Shown in pieces: positions 8,712 to 19,336 of a stretch of DNA of 64,000 nt. The stretch covers positions 32,001-96,000 of the forward strand of contig JBMFRB010000002.1 in the NCBI GenBank assembly GCA_049968255.1, written 5' to 3'. This stretch comes from Candidatus Sumerlaeaceae bacterium. Its GTDB lineage: Bacteria > Sumerlaeota > Sumerlaeia > Sumerlaeales > Sumerlaeaceae. The translations under genes and the position numbers were made by a program. Each line of letters begins with the position of its first letter. Position 1 is the first letter of the stretch. The notes beneath the pieces were generated by a model that did no database searches, was not told the origin of the DNA, and was given only the letters and a program-made list of their open reading frames with translations.

Positions 8712-9572
8712 GTGTTTGATATTCTCATTCGCAATGCGACCAGCGTTGATGGTACAGGTGCGGAGCCCTTCGCAGGACACATTGCTATCGAAGGCGAAAA
8801 AATCGCTGCCGTTATAAGGCGGGACGAGTGCGGAGATCTCGATGCTTTCGAAAATGCACGAACCGTGATTGACGCGAAGGGACGCTTTGCCACGCCCCGC
8901 TTTGTTGATGTCCACGGGCACAGCGACCTAAATCTTCTCGCTTGTCCTTCAGGCGATTCAAAGCTCCGCCAAGGCGTGACCACGGAATTTGTCGGCAGCT
9001 GCGGCGAAAGCGCGTTTCCCCTCGTTGGGCCCTATCGCCAGAGCCTTGCCGTGAACTTGAAGAAACTCGGAGTAGAACCGCGCTGGTGAACTGCTGAACA
9101 GTATTTTCCTCTCCTTGATGCACTTCGGCCAGCTTACAACGTGGCGAGCTATGTCGGCCACAATGCGATTCGTGCAGCCGTCGTTGGCTACGACGCTGTG
9201 AAACCCAACGCCGAACAGCTGAACCAAATGTGCCGCGAGCTACGGGCCGCAATTGATGCAGGAGCCCTTGGTTTTTCCACTGGCCTGATATATCCGCCCG
9301 GCCTCTTTGCTGACTCTGAGGAGATGCGCCGACTGCAAGCCCAAGCAGCTCAGCGAGGCGGCTGTTATGCCTCGCATGTTCGCACCGAGGAAGATCTCCT
9401 TCTGCGAGCAGCAGATGAGTTCCTCGACATTACTGTCTCAACAAATAGCCAGGGACAGTTTAGCTATCTCAAAGCTTCAGGGTCGCGTAACTGGGGCAAA
9501 GTCGTCCATGTTCTCGACGCGTTGGAATGCGCTGTCGAACGGGGGGCGTTTTGCGCAAATCGGGTGGGTTGA
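8712..9572 (+). pseudogene. Degenerate N-acyl-D-amino-acid deacylase (amidohydrolase), with in-frame stop and truncation
   Basis: ORFs 8712-9089 and 9141-9572 are in one frame, separated by TGA 9087-9089. Read-through gives W*TAEQY..L..P.YNVASYVGH. Motifs DGTG, DVHGHSD and GALGFSTGL.Y.PG are present, but the product is only about half the usual length. Confidence 0.82.
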
Positions 9573-9618
9573 TCAAGCAGCTTTGGCGTAATGGCCCGGC
9601 CACACAGGTCCCCTTGCG

Positions 9619-11988
9619 TCAGCTGTTGCCTTTGCCGCGACGCAAAACCTTTCGAAAAGCAGCAATGGTTTGCTCTGCTTCGGCCGAAAGCTCCACCCCA
9701 CCGTAGCGCTGCGCGTAGTACAGAAGCGTGATTTTTTCGAAAGGCTTGAGGAATTCATTCTGCGCCACACGCGAGGCAAACTCCAAAGGCGTCTCGAAGG
9801 AATCCCGAAAATATCCGCGCCGTTGCAGGGCAATAAGTAAATCTGCATAGAATCGGGGCACATCGCGAGAGCTTTGGCGACGATGCCGACGGTTGCGTCC
9901 TCCTGTGGCCTTTGCCCGATGCCCAAAAAACATGATAACGGCCACCACGATGAGTATCACTCCGATCACAACGATCAAAAAATGGCCTGCAGTAGCGAAA
10001 CTCTCCGCCAGGCTGTTAGGAGCGCTTTCGAATTGAAAAGAACGCATGGCGTTGCCGATTGCAAGGGCCGTTGCAAAGACGCCATAGGCCACCAACCGCT
10101 GATCCTGAATTGAGAAGTCGATGACCGCCCGATACCAGCGTATTTTTAGCGCATCGTAATACCGCGTAAAAGCCAAGAACAGTGGGTTCATCGAGACTGG
10201 GCGCTGAAGCGCGGCCGGAGGGGTCGGGTCAAAAGTCATCCAGCCGTAACCATCGAAAAACACCTCCACCCATGAATGGGCGTCGCGCTGACGCACCGTA
10301 AACATCCCTGCGAGGTTGTTCCACTCGGTGCTGTAGAACCCGTTGACGACGCGGCATGGAATTTCTTTGGCGCGCAGCAGCATGGCCATGGCTGTGGCGA
10401 AGTACTCGCAGTGTCCTCCTTTGCTCTCGAAGAGGAAATGTTCGATTGGGTTTTTTGCACCTGTGGGGCGAATCTCAAGCGAGTACTGATAATTGCGCCG
10501 CAGGTACGCTTCGATGGCCATGGCCTGATCGAATGGTGTTGAGGCGCCACGGGTAATTTCATTCGCAAGCCGCTCAAGTGCTTGCTTATTCATGCTCTCT
10601 GGAATTCTCAAGCAGGCCTCGCGATACGGCGGGAAAATAACCTCAGGAGTCCTCCGGTTAAACGCGCCATCTCCTCTTGAGAACTGACCTCGGTGCCCTC
10701 CACCTCTTTCAGACAGGCGCTCCGCGATCACATTGCCCGGAAGTCCGAATTCGCGCCAAACGGCCCGAAATGCAGCTGTGAGCGGGTCTGATGTGGCGGG
10801 ATCGCGGCGTACTCGACTCAAATTTCCTACCGTGCGCTGGATTCGCGCCGACGGGCGACTATATGGCAGCGGATCGTCGCGGCTGTCGAGGTCTTCCACC
10901 CGTGAAACCACAGTGTAATGAAGCTCCTTGCTTGGAGCATACGGTAGCCATGCCACCCCTGCCGACGGATCCACGAGCAGGGCTTGTTGGAAATCGAAGG
11001 ACAACAAGCTTAGCGGAAAAGTCTCTCCGAAAAGGAATTTTGAGGTGTTTGCCGGCTGAATGATCAAGCTTCTGCGCAGCGGGTACGGGCGAGTGCAAAA
11101 CATCCCAAACGGCTCGCGGTAAGTGGCCCACGACGTGCGCTGCCATCGTGTGCCGTCGAAAGTATCCAGGGCCACCCCCCGCATTCGCACTGCCGTTGGA
11201 TGAGGTCCATCATCCAGAGGTTTCACGTAGAGAGCCACGCTTGTGTCGAGCTGGATTGTGCCAAACTTTCCAAACTCGATATTCTCATCGAACGCCGAAG
11301 ACATCTGCAATGGCGGGGGCGGGCCAAGACTCTGCAAGACGCGACGGGTGGAGAGGCGAGGCACCAACATAAAAAACACTATACTTAATGAAAACATCAG
11401 TGTCCCGAGGAGGAGTGTCGGTTTGAGCAGCGCTGGTGTGTCACCGCTGACGTTTGCAGACTGTATGAGTTCAAGTTCCGGCACATTCATGCGTGTTGAA
11501 CCAGTTTGCTCAGCAACACGTTTTTGTTTCTGGGCACGCAAAACCGCAGCCACGTTTGAGTGGAGAAGAAAACAGCGAACAATGAGAAACAGATAGCCCA
11601 CAAATGCCACGCCGAACGTCGGCGAGGTGGTAAGCAACGCTGCACCAAAAATCTGGAAAAAGCTTACAACATAGATAGAGTAAGCATCCGACAAGCGCCG
11701 GAACGAAAACAGCCTGATACTCTGAAGGGCCATGAAGAAATAGACGGTTGCATTGAGAAGGTTGTGGCGCGCTAACGGCACAAGCCAGACAAAAATACCC
11801 AGTACCGCAACATCCCAGAGCCACCACGGCAATCGGCGCAAAGACCGGCGCAGCACATACGAGATGGCCGGAGCGATAAGGGCGGACGTCATTAGCCATG
11901 GGTCAAGTTCGCCTGTTGTGGCCAAGGTCAGTGTGGACCAGAAAGCGAGGAGAGCGACAGCAAATTGGAACCGGTCCCAAAGCTTCAT
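9619..11988 (-). CDS. DUF3488/transglutaminase (TgpA-like) membrane protein with C-terminal DUF4129-like domain
   Basis: N-terminal multi-TM region; catalytic triad motifs GHCEYFATAMA, HSWVEV and FDPTP; C-terminal ETPLEFA. Confidence 0.88.
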   Translation of the reverse strand: MKLWDRFQFAVALLAFWSTLTLATTGELDPWLMTSALIAPAISYVLRRSLRRLPWWLWDVAVLGIFVWLVPLARHNLLNATVYFFMALQSIRLFSFRRLSDAYSIYVVSFFQIFGAALLTTSPTFGVAFVGYLFLIVRCFLLHSNVAAVLRAQKQKRVAEQTGSTRMNVPELELIQSANVSGDTPALLKPTLLLGTLMFSLSIVFFMLVPRLSTRRVLQSLGPPPPLQMSSAFDENIEFGKFGTIQLDTSVALYVKPLDDGPHPTAVRMRGVALDTFDGTRWQRTSWATYREPFGMFCTRPYPLRRSLIIQPANTSKFLFGETFPLSLLSFDFQQALLVDPSAGVAWLPYAPSKELHYTVVSRVEDLDSRDDPLPYSRPSARIQRTVGNLSRVRRDPATSDPLTAAFRAVWREFGLPGNVIAERLSERGGGHRGQFSRGDGAFNRRTPEVIFPPYREACLRIPESMNKQALERLANEITRGASTPFDQAMAIEAYLRRNYQYSLEIRPTGAKNPIEHFLFESKGGHCEYFATAMAMLLRAKEIPCRVVNGFYSTEWNNLAGMFTVRQRDAHSWVEVFFDGYGWMTFDPTPPAALQRPVSMNPLFLAFTRYYDALKIRWYRAVIDFSIQDQRLVAYGVFATALAIGNAMRSFQFESAPNSLAESFATAGHFLIVVIGVILIVVAVIMFFGHRAKATGGRNRRHRRQSSRDVPRFYADLLIALQRRGYFRDSFETPLEFASRVAQNEFLKPFEKITLLYYAQRYGGVELSAEAEQTIAAFRKVLRRGKGNS

Positions 11989-13175
11989 GATCCTGACGTC
12001 CTCACGAGTTGTGCATTGCTGATTCGCCAGGAGCGGGCATCGACCTTTTGCGTCATCATGTCCGAGGGCACAAGTGCATCATCGTCGAAATAGGCGATGT
12101 GTAGCAGATCATAGTCATGCGACAGCGGCAGACGCGATAATTTGGTATCCTGCGATCCAATCTCCACCAGCGCCAGTGCCCGCAGGAGACACTCGCGTTG
12201 TTGCTCTCCCGAAGCGGGCTTTACGTAGGCTACATCGGTAAAAAGTCCTACATCATATCCCAATTCCAGCAAATGCGCGCCGAATGAGGCGGCCACAACC
12301 ACAGCATGTTCAAAATCCTCCGCCAGTTTTTCTCTCGGCGTCGGCACGGCCGTAGGCAAATAGAGCACGATTCGCCGCTTCTGCTCATGTTCGAACTCCG
12401 CGATCATAAGTTTTCGCGCACGTGCCGTGGTGCGCCAGTGGATGCGTTTCGCCGGTTCGCCAGGGATGTACTCGCGCAATCCATACAGATCCCCGTTGAC
12501 GCCACAGCGCGCAGCGGTCATCTCTCCTTCGAGAGCAAGCAGTGCCGCTAAAGGGTCAGAGAGGCGATAAACGGGAGGAAGGATGAGTAGTTCTGCAGGT
12601 GCCGGCACCTCTAGAGAACGCTCAATAAATCCAAAAGGGAAACGTGACCGCAGGACAATGTGGCGAAACGTGACTAATCCGCGCCGGCGAAAAAAGGAGT
12701 GTACTGCGGAATAGGAGGAGATGCTTTTGCCACGCGCCGGAATGTGAAGACATGAGCAGCTGCCTACCACTGCACGCGAGTCCTTTCGGACAGCAACATC
12801 CTCAATGACCAGCGCATGAGCACCCCACCAGCGGCGCCGGTTTTCGATTTCTACGTGAATCTCCGCTTTGCTGCCGGCGACGAGCCGGCGCGGCAGTTTT
12901 CTCCGAACCTGCAGGCGATCAAGATTACGTGGCGACGCAATACCGTGCGTCAGAAAGGCTGCGATAAGAAAAGCAAAAAGATAATAAACCAGGTTTGTTC
13001 CCGAGCTTATAGCACCGTAGCCGACGACGAAGATGAGCAGGAGCGTCGCAACGCCCGATGCTGTTAGCCGGTATCGCCGAGTTGGGCGCAAAACCTCCTT
13101 CCGCGGAAAAAGGACTTTCTGCCCCCACCGCTTGACGTATGTTGTTAGGGATCCTGATGGTATTCGTCGTTTCAT
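11985..13175 (-). CDS. DUF58 family protein
   Basis: SRFPFGF, LREYIPGE..KRIHWRTTAR..LM..EFE and FEHAV..AAS motifs; coupled to the transglutaminase gene. Confidence 0.9.
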   Translation of the reverse strand: MKRRIPSGSLTTYVKRWGQKVLFPRKEVLRPTRRYRLTASGVATLLLIFVVGYGAISSGTNLVYYLFAFLIAAFLTHGIASPRNLDRLQVRRKLPRRLVAGSKAEIHVEIENRRRWWGAHALVIEDVAVRKDSRAVVGSCSCLHIPARGKSISSYSAVHSFFRRRGLVTFRHIVLRSRFPFGFIERSLEVPAPAELLILPPVYRLSDPLAALLALEGEMTAARCGVNGDLYGLREYIPGEPAKRIHWRTTARARKLMIAEFEHEQKRRIVLYLPTAVPTPREKLAEDFEHAVVVAASFGAHLLELGYDVGLFTDVAYVKPASGEQQRECLLRALALVEIGSQDTKLSRLPLSHDYDLLHIAYFDDDALVPSDMMTQKVDARSWRISNAQLVRTSGS

Positions 13176-13279
13176 TGGCGTGGGGCTTGTCTCGTTAGCT
13201 GGACGCGTTTATAAGAGAATACGTTGCCCAAGACAATTCTACTCGCTAGCGGCAAAGGAGAAAATGGAGCCAAAAGCGT

Positions 13280-15232
13280 ATGCCAAAGTTCGTCGTGACA
13301 TCCGGTCCCCAGGCCGGCAGAGAAATTGAAATGGTTGGAGAACGGTTGCTTTTTGGCCGCACCGACGACTGTGATGTGGTGATTGCTGATCCGAATGTTT
13401 CACGCACTCACGCACAGGCCCTCAATGTCGACGGGATGATCATTCTTTACGATCTCAACAGCTCCAACGGCACGTTCGTCAACAACGTCCCCATTTCGCG
13501 TGCATTCTTGATGGACGGGGACGAAGTACGAATCGGCAACACAACGTTTCAGTTTGTTTCGACGCCCTCCACGTCATCGAACGTCGATGCCACGCTTTCC
13601 CCTTCTCTGACGATCTCCGCCATGGAGCCGTCCGCCAATGAGGCGCTGGACCAGAACACAAGAATTTTGCGGTTTCCGAGCGATGGTGTAGAGAACTCAA
13701 TCCTCAAGGACACCTACCTGAAGCTCAAAACGCTGTACCGGATCTTTCTGGAAATTTCGCAAAGTGAGACGTTGAAGTGTGCTGCGGAAGCAGTAGGGCG
13801 GGCGGCTCTTCTGGCACTTGGCTTCGAACGGATGATCATGTTCCTTCGCAGCGAGGGGAGCAGCGGCTGGTCATGCTTCCACATCCAACTTTCCACGACT
13901 GCAAAAGCTAAAGAAGCGTGCCTGCCGCAGATTCCGACACACATTTTGGATAGCGTTGCTGTCCAGGCCGAGCCGTCGTTCAGCCGATGGGATAATCAGC
14001 ACCTTAGAATAAGCACAGCACAAAATGCAAACATATTATTAATTCCAATAATTCGCAATAAACAGCCTCTGGGAATTCTTGTAGCCGATAACCCGGTGTC
14101 TGGTGATCTGATCTCTAAAGACGATGCAGATTTTCTCTCAACTCTGGTCCTGCATTTGGTCGTGCGGTTGCGTCAAATTGAGCAGGTAGATCACCTTCGC
14201 CAGGAGAACATTGAATTTCGTCAACGTAGTGGGGATGATTACGCCATCGTCACCCAAGATGACCGCATGAAGCGCCTCATGAGTATCACTATGCGCGCTG
14301 CTGAACGTGATTGCCCTGTTCTCATTACCGGCGAAACAGGTACAGGCAAAGAGCTCATTGCCCGGTCGCTCCACAATTATTCTCCTCGGCGCACTAAACC
14401 TTTTGTTGCAGTAAACTGCGCTGCGCTGCCGGAAACGCTTCTCGAAAGCGAGCTTTTCGGACATGAGAAGGGGGCCTTCACAGGTGCGGTCGAGCGACGA
14501 ATTGGTAAATTCGAGCTTGCCGATGGCGGCACACTTTTTCTCGACGAAATCGGCGACATGAGCGCGAGCGCCCAGGCCAAACTGCTGCGCGTACTTCAAG
14601 ACGGCGAGATTCAGCGCCTTGGCAGTAATAAGGTCATCAAAGTCAACGTGCGTGTCGTTGCAGCGACAAACAAAAAACTCGAAGATGAAGTCGAGAAGGG
14701 AAATTTCCGCCAAGACCTTTATTACCGCATCCGCGTTTTGGAACTTGTGTTGCCCCCTCTTCGGGAACGCCCTTCGGACATCCCTGTGCTCGCTCAGTAT
14801 TTCCTCGAGCAGCTTCGCCATCGCTTCCCCACTTCAGTCAAATCCATCCACCCGGAGACCATTAAATGTCTGCTTGCTTACAATTATCCGGGAAATGTGC
14901 GAGAACTCAGAAACATCATCGAAAGAGCGCTTGTGCTCGCCACCGGCGATGTCCTCTTGCCCGAACATCTTCCCGCCGAGGTTCTCAACGCCGCGTCCGG
15001 CAATGAGACAAGGGGGGCACAAGAGGGAGCAACTGGGCCAGAGCCACGCACGAGTGCGCCCACGCTGTCGTTGGCGGAGGTCGTGCGCGAACACATCCTG
15101 CGGGTTCTCGATGCTGTTCAGGGCAACAGGGTGAAAGCCGCGGCAATCCTTGGCATAAGCAGGACTACCCTTTATGAGAAGCTCAAGGAGTACGGCATTG
15201 AAGGGAAAACACGCGACGAAGCAGGCGAATAG
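13280..15232 (+). CDS. FHA-GAF sigma-54-dependent transcriptional activator
   Basis: FHA ([22 protein letters not shown]), central GAF-like region, GETGTGKE, intact GAFTGA, FLDEIG and Fis HTH. Confidence 0.93.
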   Translation: MPKFVVTSGPQAGREIEMVGERLLFGRTDDCDVVIADPNVSRTHAQALNVDGMIILYDLNSSNGTFVNNVPISRAFLMDGDEVRIGNTTFQFVSTPSTSSNVDATLSPSLTISAMEPSANEALDQNTRILRFPSDGVENSILKDTYLKLKTLYRIFLEISQSETLKCAAEAVGRAALLALGFERMIMFLRSEGSSGWSCFHIQLSTTAKAKEACLPQIPTHILDSVAVQAEPSFSRWDNQHLRISTAQNANILLIPIIRNKQPLGILVADNPVSGDLISKDDADFLSTLVLHLVVRLRQIEQVDHLRQENIEFRQRSGDDYAIVTQDDRMKRLMSITMRAAERDCPVLITGETGTGKELIARSLHNYSPRRTKPFVAVNCAALPETLLESELFGHEKGAFTGAVERRIGKFELADGGTLFLDEIGDMSASAQAKLLRVLQDGEIQRLGSNKVIKVNVRVVAATNKKLEDEVEKGNFRQDLYYRIRVLELVLPPLRERPSDIPVLAQYFLEQLRHRFPTSVKSIHPETIKCLLAYNYPGNVRELRNIIERALVLATGDVLLPEHLPAEVLNAASGNETRGAQEGATGPEPRTSAPTLSLAEVVREHILRVLDAVQGNRVKAAAILGISRTTLYEKLKEYGIEGKTRDEAGE

Positions 15233-16109
15233 CACGCGCTCTTTCGCTGCGGCGCAGTTTTTGCCCCGCCCCGGCCCAGCAGCCATTTTGGCGTTCCTGG
15301 ATATTGTTCTGGCCGGTTACCTCTTGTTTTGGGCCGCGTTTGTTGTGCAGAAAGCAGATAGTCGCTTTTTCACAAACCAGACCGCGCTGTTTGCGATTTT
15401 CCTGCCTACGCTGTTGGCGTGGCGTGCATATTTCCCGACAGATCCTCTCACGCAGGTGCTGGGTCGTGTGGTCCGTGTCGCCGCTATGATTGCTATTATC
15501 GCTGTAGCAGTTGGCTTTGGGCATGTTGCTTTCGGAGAACGCTTACAATTGCCTGCTCTTGCATTCATCCGCGCTTTTGCGGTTGCTCTTATCAGTGCGT
15601 GTGTCAGTGCCCACTGCTTTGCCCGCACGTTCGAGATGATGTTGTTTGATCCCTCACCCGCCTTATGGTGGCCACGACGCAAAGTGCCGCTATGGCTAGG
15701 TCCCTTATACATTTTTGGTATTTCGCTCATATCTTTTCTCGTAGTTGCTTTCTCATATAGCTTCCTACTCTACGGGCTTCGCGGAGGGGGAAATTTTCTG
15801 GCCCGCCGGGCCACGGGCACTCCGGTTGCATGTGCAGTCGAGCTGTATGCGCTTTATGTGGCTGTGGGTAGCGCCCCGCTGCTCCGTTGGATCTTTACGC
15901 GCGACTCTCGGGGAAGTCTTGTCGCAATTTTTCCAAACATTCTGGTGGGCGTCTGTTGGGGGTGGCTGGGCGCGAGCTGGGGTTGGCAGGTGCTTGGGTT
16001 CGAACTCCTCACATACGCCGTAGGACTATGGTTGCTCGGAATTTTTCTACTCGAATCGCGTAGCCAGGGCCGAGGGAAGTCCTTAGATCGATCGTTCGAA
16101 TTGGAGTGA
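15174..16109 (+). CDS. Hypothetical multi-pass membrane protein (start uncertain, probably downstream of 15232)
   Basis: About 8 hydrophobic segments; fills the gap between two clear genes; no family motif recognised. Confidence 0.6.
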   Translation: MRSSRSTALKGKHATKQANSTRSFAAAQFLPRPGPAAILAFLDIVLAGYLLFWAAFVVQKADSRFFTNQTALFAIFLPTLLAWRAYFPTDPLTQVLGRVVRVAAMIAIIAVAVGFGHVAFGERLQLPALAFIRAFAVALISACVSAHCFARTFEMMLFDPSPALWWPRRKVPLWLGPLYIFGISLISFLVVAFSYSFLLYGLRGGGNFLARRATGTPVACAVELYALYVAVGSAPLLRWIFTRDSRGSLVAIFPNILVGVCWGWLGASWGWQVLGFELLTYAVGLWLLGIFLLESRSQGRGKSLDRSFELE

Positions 16110-16718
16110 TCTTGCCCAGGCTGGCGGCAAGTTCCACAGAACTAAGTGCTGTCGCACTTGGTGAAGGGCGATCAGTTTTTTGAGAATATTTTCCACCTGG
16201 GCGATACGCTGGCGTTCGTTTTTTGAGGCGATAAGCCGCTTCAGCCAGCGGATGGCTGCATACTCGAAGAAATTTACGGTTCCCGCCGGCATCACTAGTG
16301 TCTCGAATTTGGCGAAGATCATCTGAACGGTCTCTGGCGCAAAATTGTTGAACGGCAATCCGCAAACGATGTGGTGAAAGCGATTGGCCGTGGTGAGCTC
16401 TTCCACCGGTCGGCAAACAATCTCAGTGCTGTTGCGCCAGGGTGAGAATTCAGGGTCAGTGGCGAAGCGGTGTTCGAGGTGCGCAACAAAGTCGGGATTG
16501 ATTTCGCAAAGCAAGAGCGTGTCGCCGGGTTGCATGCGCTTGAGGATTCCGCGCGTGAGGGCACCAGTGCCGGGGCCAACTTCAAGAACGCGCATTGGTC
16601 CCTGAGGAGGGCGTTGTTCCAAAGGCCACGCCAGCGCCCGGGCGAGCGCCCGCGAGCTGGGTGCGATCGCGCCCACGTGATAGTAGTCCCGCATCGTCTG
16701 AGAAATGAATTTTAGCAT
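16083..16718 (-). CDS. SAM-dependent lipid N-methyltransferase (PmtA/OlsG-like)
   Basis: GAIAPSS.ALA, VLEVGPGTG, GLPFNNF and WNLPPAW motifs; likely start ATG 16718. Confidence 0.8.
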   Translation of the reverse strand: MLKFISQTMRDYYHVGAIAPSSRALARALAWPLEQRPPQGPMRVLEVGPGTGALTRGILKRMQPGDTLLLCEINPDFVAHLEHRFATDPEFSPWRNSTEIVCRPVEELTTANRFHHIVCGLPFNNFAPETVQMIFAKFETLVMPAGTVNFFEYAAIRWLKRLIASKNERQRIAQVENILKKLIALHQVRQHLVLWNLPPAWARSLQFERSI

Positions 16719-16853
16719 CGTCCTCGAAACATCCATCGTCGAGTTTGCAGCGCAAGCGTTGCTGTGCCAACTCGACGGTGCAAGAGCGAAGCTCACTTAC
16801 CTCATGCGAATCTTTGCGCCGTTAAACAGTAATAAGAGGTGACAAAAACGAAA

Positions 16854-17214
16854 GGGGGCGTAACGGTGTCGACGGGGATCGTTGTGGGAGTGGCTGCAAG
16901 CCGAGGCGCACGGCCTCGAAATGAACCGTGCAACTGCAAAATTAACTGCAGACCAAGAACTCGCTCTCGCTGCCTAAGTTAGGCTAGCGCGTTTGCCCTG
17001 CCGTCGCCTGCGCGGCGGGAGCAGACGTCGAGAATGCAGGCTCGCCTGGTGGTGTGGCCCGCGCCAACAGGCTAAACCCTAACGGGCTGGCCGGGGCAGA
17101 AAGCCCGCCGAAAGGCGTTCTGTCCGTGGCGACAAACAAAAATTTCGGCTAAGCTTGTAGAAGCTGCTCTGGCAAGATCTTCGGACGTGGGTTCGACTCC
17201 CACCGCCTCCACCA
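16854..17214 (+). ncRNA. ssrA: tmRNA (SsrA); tag peptide (A)ADQELALAA encoded at 16948-16977
   Basis: 5' GGGGGCG pairs with CGCCTCC-ACCA 3' with a G3:U wobble; T-arm GTGGGTTCGACTCCCAC; TCGAC near the 5' end; TAACT-GCA resume context and ALAA-stop tag. Confidence 0.97.
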
Positions 17215-17426
17215 TCTGTCAAAGGTGTATTCCCACGTGCTGCCTCACTTTACATCGCAAAGCGGTGAAAGTACCCACCTACATTGGTACTGTAGCCAGA
17301 AGTGCAAAGTGTCGGGCTGGAAAGAAACAAAGCCGTCAATGGCAGTAGGCGACTCGGAAGACTGAAACAGGTTCCAGCGAACTTTCGCTTGCCGCATGGG
17401 CTTGCCACAAGGATGCTCGCTTTACA

Positions 17427-18122
17427 ATGATTCCGCTACGAGACGTCAATCGCACTCGCCACGTGCCGTGGATGGTGTGGCTGATCATCATTGTCTGCAG
17501 CCTTGTCTTCTTTCAGGAACTTCTTCTTCCGCCTGTGCTTTTAGAACGTTTCGTCTACCTATTAGGTCTTGTGCCGCGCCGCCTGACAGATCCCTACTGG
17601 GCTCACCGGGTCGGTTTTCCACCAGGTTCATTCTCAACGATTTTCACCAGTATGTTCCTTCACGGAAGCTTTGCCCACCTGCTGTTCAACATGTGGACGT
17701 TGGCCGTTTTCGGCGACAACGTAGAAGATCGCATGGGCCCTTTGCGCTTTTTACTTTTTTATCTGCTATGTGGCGTTGCTGCGGCCCTCACGCACCTCGT
17801 TTTCAACCCGAGCTCGACCATTCCCACCGTCGGTGCCTCTGGGGCTATCGCTGGTGTGCTCGGAGCCTACATGTTTTTGTTTCCCCATGCCCGCGTCATC
17901 ACGTTCGTTCCAGTTGTCTTCATACCCTATTTCATTGAGGTTCCGGCTGCATTGTTCCTCGCATTTTGGTTTATCATCCAATTGCTCAGCGGGTGGAGTT
18001 CGCTCTTTATGCCACCAAACATCGGTGGCGTGGCCTGGTGGGCCCACATTGGCGGTTTTCTCTGCGGAGCCTTCACCTTTCCCTTCTTCCTGCGACGCGA
18101 TGAGGTGCGTCGTCCCTGGTGA
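17427..18122 (+). CDS. Rhomboid family intramembrane serine protease
   Basis: MIPLRD, SMFLHG..HL..NM, FGDNVED, GASGA and WWAHIGGF motifs. Confidence 0.95.
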   Translation: MIPLRDVNRTRHVPWMVWLIIIVCSLVFFQELLLPPVLLERFVYLLGLVPRRLTDPYWAHRVGFPPGSFSTIFTSMFLHGSFAHLLFNMWTLAVFGDNVEDRMGPLRFLLFYLLCGVAAALTHLVFNPSSTIPTVGASGAIAGVLGAYMFLFPHARVITFVPVVFIPYFIEVPAALFLAFWFIIQLLSGWSSLFMPPNIGGVAWWAHIGGFLCGAFTFPFFLRRDEVRRPW

Positions 18123-18199
18123 TGCGTTCGGGCTTGAATCGATTCCTGCGAGTAGGGATAAACGTAAGCGCCAATGCTAAAAGAGGATGAGTCACTAAC

Positions 18200-18946
18200 A
18201 TGTCTGGACATTCAAAATGGCATTCAATCAAACACAAGAAGGCCGCTGCGGACGCGAAACGCGGAAAAATTTTCACTCGCATCATTCGCGAAATCACCAT
18301 CGCTGCGCGCCTGGGCGGTGGTGATCCTGAAAGCAATCCGCGTCTGCGCACAGCCATTGCGGCTGCAAAAGATGTCAACATGCCGATGAAAAACATCGAA
18401 AACGCAATCAAACGCGGAACGGGAGAAATCGAAGGCGCAACGTACGAAGAAGTCGTGTACGAAGGTTATGGACCAGGCGGTGTGGCCATCATGGTGGAAG
18501 CGACTACTGATAATCGCAACCGCACAACAGCCGAAATACGCCATCTTTTCAGCAAGTACAACGGCAGTTTGGGAGCGGTCGGTTGTGTGTCCTACCTGTT
18601 CAGCAAGCGGGGAATCATTACGGTGAACAAAGAAAGTATCGAGGAGGATCGGCTGCTCGAGGCTGCTCTCGAAGCCGGTGCTGAGGATGTGAAAACGGAG
18701 GATGAGGGATATCAAGTGATCACAGATCAGGGGCAGCTTCAGGCGGTGCGCGAAGTTCTCGAGAAAGCCGGCATCAAAGTTGAGCGCGCGGAAATGGTCA
18801 ACATTCCCTCAACGACGAAACGCGTCGAAGGGCGCGACGCCGAGACCCTGCTCAAGTTGCTTGACGCGCTGGAAGAGCACGACGACGTTCAGTCGGTCAG
18901 CAGTAATTTCGAAATGAGCGACGAACTCCTCGAACAATTCAAGTAA
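18200..18946 (+). CDS. yebC: YebC/PmpR family protein
   Basis: [32 protein letters not shown] and DDVQ motifs. Confidence 0.97.
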   Translation: MSGHSKWHSIKHKKAAADAKRGKIFTRIIREITIAARLGGGDPESNPRLRTAIAAAKDVNMPMKNIENAIKRGTGEIEGATYEEVVYEGYGPGGVAIMVEATTDNRNRTTAEIRHLFSKYNGSLGAVGCVSYLFSKRGIITVNKESIEEDRLLEAALEAGAEDVKTEDEGYQVITDQGQLQAVREVLEKAGIKVERAEMVNIPSTTKRVEGRDAETLLKLLDALEEHDDVQSVSSNFEMSDELLEQFK

Positions 18947-18958
18947 AGGGCGGTCACA

Positions 18959-19240
18959 ATGCGGCTGCGCATTGAGAAAATAGATTATCTTGCGAACAAG
19001 ATCACCGAAGAATTGAAGAAGCTCAAGTCGGTGACTTTCAAAGCTCCCGACGTGCAAATTGCTGGGACCATTCGCCGCGTCATTTTGAACGACCTTCAGC
19101 GCGAGGACGAAATAGAGAGAGAAGCGGAGGAACTGCTTCGCCAGCACCGGCAGAAGATCGAATTCAATAATCTCAGTTACAGCACGCTTCTCCACAAGGC
19201 GAAGCAGGAAATTGCTCGCCGCCGCAAGATCGTTTTGTGA
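18959..19240 (+). CDS. DUF507 family protein
   Basis: MRL...I..LA..I and K.ElA.R...vL pattern; paralogous to the next ORF. Confidence 0.75.
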   Translation: MRLRIEKIDYLANKITEELKKLKSVTFKAPDVQIAGTIRRVILNDLQREDEIEREAEELLRQHRQKIEFNNLSYSTLLHKAKQEIARRRKIVL

Positions 19241-19336
19241 CTGATGCCCTGCAGGAGGGCGCTGACCAGCATCCTCTGACGAGGAGGGGTGGCGCGCCAG
19301 TGAAGTAGCGTCGAATCATTATGAAAGGGATCTTGT

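Noticed and set aside
9087-9140. Selenocysteine or programmed read-through at the in-frame TGA
   Set aside because: The position is not a catalytic Cys site, no convincing SECIS hairpin follows, and the gene has other lesions and is truncated.
17215-17426. Prophage or genomic island integrated at ssrA
   Set aside because: No integrase and no duplicated ssrA 3' end seen in the window; housekeeping genes follow.
19276-19330. Hammerhead ribozyme (CTGACGAG core)
   Set aside because: No correctly placed CGAAA closing stem II and no stems I/III.
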